A DNA stretch of 64,000 nucleotides from an uncultured Candidatus Saccharibacteria bacterium (GTDB lineage Bacteria > Patescibacteriota > Minisyncoccia > Phycocordibacterales > UBA2100). The number at the start of each line of letters is the position of its first letter. The first letter of the stretch is position 1. Made by a program: the position numbers and the translations under genes. The notes under the pieces are model-generated. The model worked only from the letters and a program-made list of their open reading frames with translations. It did not search any database and was not told the DNA's origin. The DNA lies in contig CAZQMS010000001.1 of assembly GCA_964594735.1 (NCBI GenBank), positions 62,523-126,522 of the forward strand, read 5' to 3'. Below, in pieces: positions 44,466-51,144 of the stretch.

Positions 44466-45434
44466 CTACGCCTGAAGCTCCTTTTGTATGCCGTTGAGGA
44501 CTTTCTGTACCTTTTCCATACTATCCGGCTCAAGAATGGAAATCGGCGTCGCCTTCACCTTGATTTTCTTGAGAGCGGCAAGCTTTTCTTTTACCGCTTT
44601 CGCATCGACTTCGTCGCACTTCGTGAGGAAGACGTACTCCTCCTTTTCCGCGAGTAGGTCGCTGTACTTTTCGAGCTCGCCGCGGATAGTGCGGTAATCG
44701 CGCACCGGATCATCGGACTCCGCAGAGATAAGATGAAACAGCACGCGCGTGCGCTCAATGTGTTTGAGGAATTTTACGCCAAGACCTTTCCCCTCTGATG
44801 CACCTTCGATAATGCCCGGAATGTCGGCGATGATGAGTTTGTAGTAGGCGCCAAGATGTGGCTCGAGCGTGGTAAACGCGTAGCTCGCCACGCGCGAGCG
44901 CGCACGAGTAAGCTCATTAAGCAGGCTCGACTTCCCCGCATTGGGAAGTCCGACAAGTCCCACATCGGCGATAAGTCGCAGTTCGAGATGATAGTTCGCG
45001 ACATCTCCAGGCCGCCCCTCCTCGAATTCTTTCGGGCTCGTGTTCGTAGAGGAGCGGAATTTGAAGTTCCCTCTGCCGCCCGTGCCGCCTCCCGCCGCAA
45101 GAATGCGCTGGCCGCTCTCGAGCATCTCCTGCACGTAGCCAGTGTCCAGATTCGTGATGCGCGTGCCCGTTGGGATTTTCAGCACGAGGTCCGCGCCGTC
45201 GCGCCCGTCGATGAATTGCCCGCGGCCGTTCTTGCCATCTTCCGCCTGCATTTCCTTCCTGCTCGCGTAGTTTTGGAGCGCGGCAATATCATGCACACCC
45301 TCAAAATAGACACTGCCGCCCCTGCCTCCGTCGCCTCCTACGGGACCGAGGTTCATGCGCACCTTGTTGAATGCTGCAGCGCCACGCCCGCCATTTCCGG
45401 CGAGGAGTCGAATCCTGATGTCATCGATAAGCAT
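44466..45434 (-). CDS. obg: GTPase Obg (short form, no C-terminal TGS/OCT domain)
   Basis: Gly-rich Obg fold (GNGGRGAAAF…GGDGGRGGSVYF), then the G-domain (GLPNAGKSSLLN, DIPGIIEGAS, TKCD). 322 aa ends right after the G-domain. Confidence 0.92.
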   Translation of the reverse strand: MLIDDIRIRLLAGNGGRGAAAFNKVRMNLGPVGGDGGRGGSVYFEGVHDIAALQNYASRKEMQAEDGKNGRGQFIDGRDGADLVLKIPTGTRITNLDTGYVQEMLESGQRILAAGGGTGGRGNFKFRSSTNTSPKEFEEGRPGDVANYHLELRLIADVGLVGLPNAGKSSLLNELTRARSRVASYAFTTLEPHLGAYYKLIIADIPGIIEGASEGKGLGVKFLKHIERTRVLFHLISAESDDPVRDYRTIRGELEKYSDLLAEKEEYVFLTKCDEVDAKAVKEKLAALKKIKVKATPISILEPDSMEKVQKVLNGIQKELQA

Positions 45435-45464
45435 GGCCTGATACTAGCACAAAGTCACTTTTTA

Positions 45465-46217
45465 ATGTCTTATATGCGGATGGACGTCCCCATTCGTATC
45501 AACAAGTACCTCTCCGAGAAAGGCTACGCTACGCGCCGTGGTGCCGACGAGCTCATTGAAAGGGGCCTCGTAACGGTCAACGGCACGCGCGCCGTTATCG
45601 GTCAGAAGGTCACCGCCGCCGACACCGTGGAGGTGCGCGGAAAGCAGAAGACGTATCGGTACTTCGCGTACAACAAGCCGCGGCACGTCATCACCCATTC
45701 TCCGCAAGAAGGCGAAGCCGACATCGCGAGCATCTCCGGCCTCAGCGGTGTCTTCCCTATCGGCCGACTCGACAAGGACTCGCACGGACTCATAATCCTC
45801 ACCGACGACGGACGCGTCACCGACAGACTTCTCAATCCCGACTCGGAACACGAGAAAGAATACCGTGTGACGACCGTGCAAAAACTCCGTCCATCATTTG
45901 CGATGCATATGGAGAAAGGCGTAAAACTTGAAGACGGCTACGTGACGCGTCCGTGCAAAGTAAAAGTGGAGGGCGACCGGACTTTTTTCATTGTGCTATC
46001 AGAAGGAAAGAAGCATCAGATACGACGCATGTGTGCAGCGCTTCACACCGATGTCGTGGGACTTGAGCGCATCCGCATTATGAATGTGCGGCTCGGTCGG
46101 CTGAGAGAAGGTGAGCACCGCGCCCTCGAGGGCGCCGAGCTCGACGGATTCCTACAAAGCCTCGATCTCAGCGCCGCACCACGTCAAAAACAAACACGTA
46201 GTCGGGTTCGGCGATAG
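45465..46217 (+). CDS. Pseudouridine synthase, RsuA/RluB family (S4 domain plus PseudoU_synth_2)
   Basis: INKYLSEKGYATRRGADELIERGLVTVNG (S4); PIGRLDKDSHGLIILTDDG catalytic Asp motif. The track's 453-aa form extends antisense through obg and is rejected. Start at 45465, or at 45474. Confidence 0.85.
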   Translation: MSYMRMDVPIRINKYLSEKGYATRRGADELIERGLVTVNGTRAVIGQKVTAADTVEVRGKQKTYRYFAYNKPRHVITHSPQEGEADIASISGLSGVFPIGRLDKDSHGLIILTDDGRVTDRLLNPDSEHEKEYRVTTVQKLRPSFAMHMEKGVKLEDGYVTRPCKVKVEGDRTFFIVLSEGKKHQIRRMCAALHTDVVGLERIRIMNVRLGRLREGEHRALEGAELDGFLQSLDLSAAPRQKQTRSRVRR

Positions 46218-46590
46218 ACTCTCCGGCCCGCGCATCGGGTCGTACCTCGACAAGCGTAAACGCGTTGACTTCAGACGTATTGGTAGTGCCGAGCTCAAAT
46301 GTAAGTTGCCCCAGCCCCATCCCGCCGAGGACTGTGCCGGCGGCACGCACCGTGCCTGCCTGGATACACTGCACATCGAGTGGGCAGCGACTGTCTTCGA
46401 GCACCCGGAGCACCGTAATCGTCTCCCCAAGAGCCTGCACGCCTTGTCCGAGCCTCGCTTCCACACGGATGCTCTGACCCTGCGTTGGCACTTCCTGGCT
46501 CGTCTCGGGACTGGGCGAAATCGAGTACCATACGGCGCCCACAACGATGACAAGGACAGCAACAATGAATGCGATGTATATTCTGTTCAT
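46168..46590 (-). CDS. Hypothetical membrane-anchored protein (~141 aa; N-terminal TM, Cys pair CPLDVQC)
   Basis: Starts with a TM helix (MNRIYIAFIVAVLVIVVGAVWY). Its 3' end overlaps the convergent pseudouridine synthase gene by ~50 nt, which lowers confidence. Confidence 0.4.
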   Translation of the reverse strand: MNRIYIAFIVAVLVIVVGAVWYSISPSPETSQEVPTQGQSIRVEARLGQGVQALGETITVLRVLEDSRCPLDVQCIQAGTVRAAGTVLGGMGLGQLTFELGTTNTSEVNAFTLVEVRPDARAGESIAEPDYVFVFDVVRR

Positions 46591-46621
46591 AGAGGAAAGT
46601 ATCTCACGTACGAATGCACTC

Positions 46622-46879
46622 TCAAAGACGCTCCTCTTCTTCGTCATCTTTCACATCTGCGCGCCCTAAGCGCATTCTCGCCCACCTGACGAGCCTCCGC
46701 CAGGCGAGGAGTCGGATGCCGATAAATTCGAGGCCGATAAAGACGAGCCAGGAGCCCGGGGTCAGTGGCGTCACGAGCGCGAGAAGCCCCAGCGCGATAA
46801 AGAGAATGCCGATAAGCATCTTCAGTCGCGAATCGAGCGACCTGAGCCATGCGAGCAGACGTGTCATGAGCTTTGTCAT
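46622..46879 (-). CDS. Small two-TM membrane protein, PGPGW-like
   Basis: 85 aa; …LVTPLTPGSWLVFIGLEFIGIRLL… and an acidic C-tail. Confidence 0.45.
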   Translation of the reverse strand: MTKLMTRLLAWLRSLDSRLKMLIGILFIALGLLALVTPLTPGSWLVFIGLEFIGIRLLAWRRLVRWARMRLGRADVKDDEEEERL

Positions 46880-46947
46880 AAAGTGGCGCGCATTATTTCA
46901 TGAATCTTGGACACACAAAATGAAGTCGCTTACGATTCAATACGTTC

Positions 46948-47673
46948 ATGCAAAAAACATTGTTCGCCGGCGCGACCATAGCAATCGCACTCATCGGGTT
47001 TGATACGACAATCTTTGTTTCTCCGCAGTTGCGCATTGAGCCCAGTATAGCCTCTGCACGAGAACTTCTCCCTATCCCTCTCGCGACGACAACGCTCGCC
47101 GTGGCGCCCCTCGAAGCGTGGCAATCGCCGCAAGACGAGGGCCTCTTCGACGATGAATTGCAGAGTGAAGCACAGCCCGCCCCTACTAAGGCAGCTGCTG
47201 AGAGCGCAACGATGAAGCAAAAGAACGCATTGCCCCCACCCGCGGAGACTCCGGCGCGCGTTTCCATCGCCTCGATTGGACTCAGCACCAGCGTCATTCC
47301 CGTCGGTATTAACAAAAAGGGTGAAATGGATGTGCCCGACGGATCGACAATGAACGTCGGCTGGTACCGCGGTGGTCCCAAGCCCGGAGAAGTCGGCAGC
47401 GCCGTCCTCGATGCGCACGTCTTTGCCGCGTTTAAAAATCTGCGTTATGTAAAAGTTGGCGAAGAGATTGTTGTAGAGACCACAGAGGGGACGCGACTTC
47501 GCTTTGTTGTTGAAGACTCACGGGTGTATAAGCTCAGCGAGCTGACACCGCAGATGCTCTTTGGGCAAAACGACGGAAGACGCCTGCACCTCATTACATG
47601 CGCCGGTACACCTGTCGGTGATACGTATTCGCATCGGCTCGTCGTATACGCACGGTACGTGGGAGAAGCATAA
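46948..47673 (+). CDS. Sortase (class E/F-like transpeptidase)
   Basis: N-terminal TM anchor; …VLDAHVF…GEEIVVETTEGTRLRFVVE…LHLITCAG (TLxTC catalytic Cys motif) …R. Confidence 0.8.
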   Translation: MQKTLFAGATIAIALIGFDTTIFVSPQLRIEPSIASARELLPIPLATTTLAVAPLEAWQSPQDEGLFDDELQSEAQPAPTKAAAESATMKQKNALPPPAETPARVSIASIGLSTSVIPVGINKKGEMDVPDGSTMNVGWYRGGPKPGEVGSAVLDAHVFAAFKNLRYVKVGEEIVVETTEGTRLRFVVEDSRVYKLSELTPQMLFGQNDGRRLHLITCAGTPVGDTYSHRLVVYARYVGEA

Positions 47674-47734
47674 CGAGAAGAGGCACTGCTCTGCCAGCTG
47701 ACAGAGCAGTGCTTCTTACAAGGCCGCACGCTGC

Positions 47735-48430
47735 TTATGAGCGCACGAGGAAGTGCTTCAGCCAGCCAAATCCTTTCGTGATGACGTGTATCACGCCCCC
47801 GACGACGGTATCAGGGCTCGTGGTACCACTCGTGCCGAGCACCACGACTGCAGAGCCGGGCGTTATTGCCGCAGTCGTAGTGGCCTTACCGTTTATCTTC
47901 ACCGTCGTCGACGCGTTCGTCGTGACAGACGCTGTTGTACCGGTCCCGAAGCGCGTGAGCGTGACGACACCATTCGCCACAGAGGTCACGATGCCCGCGC
48001 GAAGATTGTCGAGCTGCGCCCGCGTCTCGCGTCTTCCCACGTGCTTGTCGTCGATGCGTGTCGCGACAATCATCGTGCCGTTTACAGTCCCCTTCACCTT
48101 GACCGTGTCGCCGACTGCGATGTCGCTGAGTACCCCATCGTCGATAGTCGCGTTTGCAGCCTGTACGGTGTAAACCGCCGCGTTTTTGCCGACGATGCTG
48201 AGAATGCTGCCGTTTATAGCGCTTACTGTCCCCCTAATTGATACGGTGCCCTCAGTTTGTGTGGATTCACTCCGCTTTTCCTCGCGCCTCTCATCACCGA
48301 GCAACTTGACGATGCCGCCCAAATGTAAGTCGAGACCCTCACCGTGTCCCTTATCAGAGTCCGCATACGCGGGCGCTGCCGCTAGGACGGTACCGAGAAC
48401 GAGTGCTGCTATTGAATATGTCTTGTGCAT
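47735..48430 (-). CDS. Secreted DUF5666-like repeat protein (paralogue of 24098..24841)
   Basis: Signal peptide MHKTYSIAALVLGTVLAAAPAYA; repeated modules (GTVSAINGSILSIVGKNAAVYTVQAANATI; GTVNGTMIVATRIDD; GIVTSVANGVVTLTRFGTGTTASVTTNASTTVKINGKATTTAAITPGSAVVV). Confidence 0.55.
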   Translation of the reverse strand: MHKTYSIAALVLGTVLAAAPAYADSDKGHGEGLDLHLGGIVKLLGDERREEKRSESTQTEGTVSIRGTVSAINGSILSIVGKNAAVYTVQAANATIDDGVLSDIAVGDTVKVKGTVNGTMIVATRIDDKHVGRRETRAQLDNLRAGIVTSVANGVVTLTRFGTGTTASVTTNASTTVKINGKATTTAAITPGSAVVVLGTSGTTSPDTVVGGVIHVITKGFGWLKHFLVRS

Positions 48431-48547
48431 GATGTGTGCGTTATACCTTTTGTAAGTGTCGCTCTAGATGCGACACAGATATAGACGGCCACGGCGCCGC
48501 TTCTTTACCGCGTATAGACTACGCGTCATTACTCACATATATGCAAG

Positions 48548-49303
48548 TCACCCCTGCTTTGCCGTTTTGAGAAATCCTTCAAATGCTTTTATCGTCTCGA
48601 GCGGTACGGTGAAGACGACTGTGTTGGACTGGTCACTTGAGAGGTCGTTGATGGACTGTAGTGTGCGCAAATGCAGAGCACCGGGCACCGCAGAGAGCAT
48701 CTCGGCAGCGCGCGCCATATTCTGCGCCGCAGCGAGCTCGCCTTCTGAATTGATGATGACGGCGCGCTTTTCGCGTTCGGCCTCTGCTTGCTTGGCGATA
48801 GTGCGTTCCATGTCGGCCGGGAGACTCACATCTTTGAGTTCGACGTTGTTGACCTTGAGACCCCACGCATCTGTCTCTTTGTCGACTATCTCGCGTATTC
48901 TGTCGGCGAGCTTGTCGCGATTGGCGAGCACTTCGTCGAGCGTCGCTTCACCCACGATGTTGCGCATCGTGGTCTGCGCATACTGCGAAATAGCGTATCG
49001 AAAATCTTCCACTTCGAGTATCGCTTTCTCGGCAGATTCAACGCGGTAGTAAATGACGGCGTTGACCGTGACGGAGACGTTGTCTCGCGTGATGGCTCTC
49101 TGGTCCGGCACATCGACTGCTTTCACGCGCATGTCGACCTTGCTGTATCCTTGGAAAATCGGAATCACGAGCCGCCAACCAGGATTCATCATCCCGGTAA
49201 ATCGCCCGAGAGTAAATTTGAGACCGCGCTCGTATTGGTTGATCTGTTTGATGCTAAGCACGAGCACGATAAAAGCGAGTGCACCGAGAATGATGTACGT
49301 CAT
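48548..49303 (-). CDS. SPFH/Band-7 (stomatin/prohibitin-like) membrane protein
   Basis: ATG at 49303 (MTYIILGALAFIVLVLSIKQINQYERGLKFTLGRF...) is a typical SPFH start. The track's N-terminal His/Arg-rich extension is rejected. Confidence 0.85.
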   Translation of the reverse strand: MTYIILGALAFIVLVLSIKQINQYERGLKFTLGRFTGMMNPGWRLVIPIFQGYSKVDMRVKAVDVPDQRAITRDNVSVTVNAVIYYRVESAEKAILEVEDFRYAISQYAQTTMRNIVGEATLDEVLANRDKLADRIREIVDKETDAWGLKVNNVELKDVSLPADMERTIAKQAEAEREKRAVIINSEGELAAAQNMARAAEMLSAVPGALHLRTLQSINDLSSDQSNTVVFTVPLETIKAFEGFLKTAKQG

Positions 49304-49344
49304 GACCCCATTGTAGATGGGAGATGCGGGAAGTCCAGGTGAAG

Positions 49345-49608
49345 TCAGAAGCTGCGCACTTCCACGGCAACGCGACGGAAATAGTCGATGAGGTCTGAGA
49401 GCCCCGGGATGATGCCGAGGATTGAAAGCGCCCAGCCGAGCAAGACCGCAGCGAGTATCGTGCCGATGATGATGCCGGCACCCTGGAGTATGCCGCGAAC
49501 AAACCACCCCTTCCAACTGCCGCTGTTTTCCTTTATCTCCGTGAGCTCCCCCTCTATCCTCTCGAGGTGCTTGAGTCCCTCTTGTTCAAACTGTGTGTCT
49601 GCCATCTG
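49345..49608 (-). CDS. Small hypothetical membrane protein (~88 aa; amphipathic N-terminus then a TM hairpin)
   Basis: MADTQFEQEGLKHLERIEGELTEIKEN… then two hydrophobic helices. Confidence 0.4.
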   Translation of the reverse strand, partial: QMADTQFEQEGLKHLERIEGELTEIKENSGSWKGWFVRGILQGAGIIIGTILAAVLLGWALSILGIIPGLSDLIDYFRRVAVEVRSF

Positions 49609-49672
49609 GAGATTATACCTAACGCAAGACGCCCCGCAGGGTGCGGGGCGCTTCGGCAATGCGAGGGGGCTT

Positions 49673-50101
49673 TTACGCTCGCTTCATCTTGCCGTCGAGC
49701 GAGTACGCACCTGCGCCAGAGATCATGAGCGAGATACTCGCGGCAAGTAGTACCAGAATGAATTCAATGCCGCCCTCAGAGATAAAGAAGCCGTTGCTCG
49801 CGTGCACGGTGAGGAGCGCGACGAGCGCCACGACCGCTGTGAGCTTGGCTGCCCAATGGGTGAAGAGGCCGAGGATAAGCGCGATGCCGCCGAGAAGTTC
49901 CACAGCGATAAGTATCGCAGCGAACAGTGTCGCGAGCGGGAATCCAAGCGTCGCGAGGAAGCCCGCGACACCCTCGACGCCCATTTGGGTGAGCTTCTGG
50001 TAACCGTGCATCGCGAAGACGAGGCCGGTGGCCACGCGCAAGACGAGCGGCGCGTATGCACCCCATCCGCCTGAGCAGTCACAATAGAGTAATGCTTTCA
50101 T
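49673..50101 (-). CDS. DoxX family membrane protein
   Basis: …LVLRVATGLVFAMHGYQKL…G…G…LGGIALILGLFT… is the typical DoxX pattern. Start at the internal Met of the track ORF. Confidence 0.7.
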   Translation of the reverse strand: MKALLYCDCSGGWGAYAPLVLRVATGLVFAMHGYQKLTQMGVEGVAGFLATLGFPLATLFAAILIAVELLGGIALILGLFTHWAAKLTAVVALVALLTVHASNGFFISEGGIEFILVLLAASISLMISGAGAYSLDGKMKRA

Positions 50102-50228
50102 ATGAATAGATACTGTCTCAATGAATAATGCATACATCGTAGCGCTCTTAGGCGTGCTGCATAGTGGATAGCCGTGTACGAGAATCGGCCCCATAGGGGC
50201 CGATTCTCAAGAAATACTGATTGTGAAG

Positions 50229-50480
50229 CTAGGCTCCGCGGAAAATGCGGACGAGCCAGAGGAGCACTATTGCGCCGAGGGTCGCTACAGCAAGGCTGTA
50301 GATATTGAACCCCGTCACCCCGGCCGAGCCAAAGGTGTTGAACAGCATGCCTCCGACAAACGCACCTATGACGCCGACAACAACATTGAGGAATATTCCC
50401 TGCGATGCGTCGGTTCCCATGATAAGGGATGCAATCCACCCGGCGAGACCGCCGAGTACGAGAAATGCGATGATTTCCAT
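50229..50480 (-). CDS. GlsB/YeaQ/YmgE family stress-response membrane protein
   Basis: 83 aa; MEIIAFLVLGGLAGWIASLIMG…GIFLNVVVGVIGAFVGG… matches the family. Confidence 0.8.
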   Translation of the reverse strand: MEIIAFLVLGGLAGWIASLIMGTDASQGIFLNVVVGVIGAFVGGMLFNTFGSAGVTGFNIYSLAVATLGAIVLLWLVRIFRGA

Positions 50481-50523
50481 ACTAAGTATTTAAGCGGATA
50501 ATTCCGTATGTAAGCGTACCGCT

Positions 50524-51093
50524 CTATACGTGTACTGTAGATGAAGAGCTATCGAGCTTCGCCAAGAATACAATCATGTTCGCAATGTGCTCGTCGAGAG
50601 GGACCCCAAGCGCCTCACATCCCCGATCTATCACCTTCCTGTCGATTTTCGCAGCGAAGCGCGACTCCCCGTACCGCTTTTTGATGGAACTCGCCTTCAT
50701 GTCCCTGTACGGTATTGGATTGATTTGCTTGTAGGCGTAGAAGATTCCGCACATTTCATCGCATGCGATGAGCGCAGCAGCGAGCTTTGTCTGCGGCAAT
50801 GTCGTGAAGCCGTTGTAGCCGTATGCATGTGCCTCTACTGCGTGGATGAGTTCCTGCGGGTATCCCCACTCAGCAAACCATTTGAGCGACTCCCCAGGAT
50901 GCTCGTGAGGGTGCTTCTCAAAGTCTATATCGTGCAAGAGCCCTGTGATGTACCAGAGGTCTATGTCCTCCCCGAGCTTCTCCGCATATCCCTCCATTGC
51001 CGCCCCAACCATACGCGCGTGATGACGCTGGTATGTGTCGACGACATGCTCGTCTAACAATGTGTGAGCCTGTTCTCTTGTCGGGAGTCCCAT
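50524..51093 (-). CDS. HD-domain phosphohydrolase
   Basis: H…HD…H…H…D metal-binding pattern (GLLHDIDFEKHPHEHP…). Confidence 0.75.
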   Translation of the reverse strand: MGLPTREQAHTLLDEHVVDTYQRHHARMVGAAMEGYAEKLGEDIDLWYITGLLHDIDFEKHPHEHPGESLKWFAEWGYPQELIHAVEAHAYGYNGFTTLPQTKLAAALIACDEMCGIFYAYKQINPIPYRDMKASSIKKRYGESRFAAKIDRKVIDRGCEALGVPLDEHIANMIVFLAKLDSSSSTVHV

Positions 51094-51144
51094 GTTGGTA
51101 GATGCCGAAGATACCCACTATTGAAATCCAGTATACACCGCCGT

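Noticed and set aside
44856-45464. N-terminal 200-aa extension of the pseudouridine-synthase ORF (track ORF 44856..46217, 453 aa)
   Set aside because: The extension runs antisense across the whole obg gene and is Arg/Ala-rich nonsense. A canonical S4-domain start (MRMDVPIRINKYLSEKGYATRRG) occurs at 45465/45474, right after the obg-divergent intergenic region.
48548-49516. Long N-terminal extensions in the ORF track (SPFH 49304-49516; UvrA 8328-8405; aminopeptidase 27371-27502; LamG protein 59719-59901; YbjQ 55963-56193; tgt 13810-13857)
   Set aside because: The extensions start at upstream TTG/GTG or at ATGs inside neighbouring genes, are compositionally odd (His/Arg/Pro-rich) and not conserved. 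Canonical family N-termini and promoter/RBS signals occur at the internal ATGs chosen.
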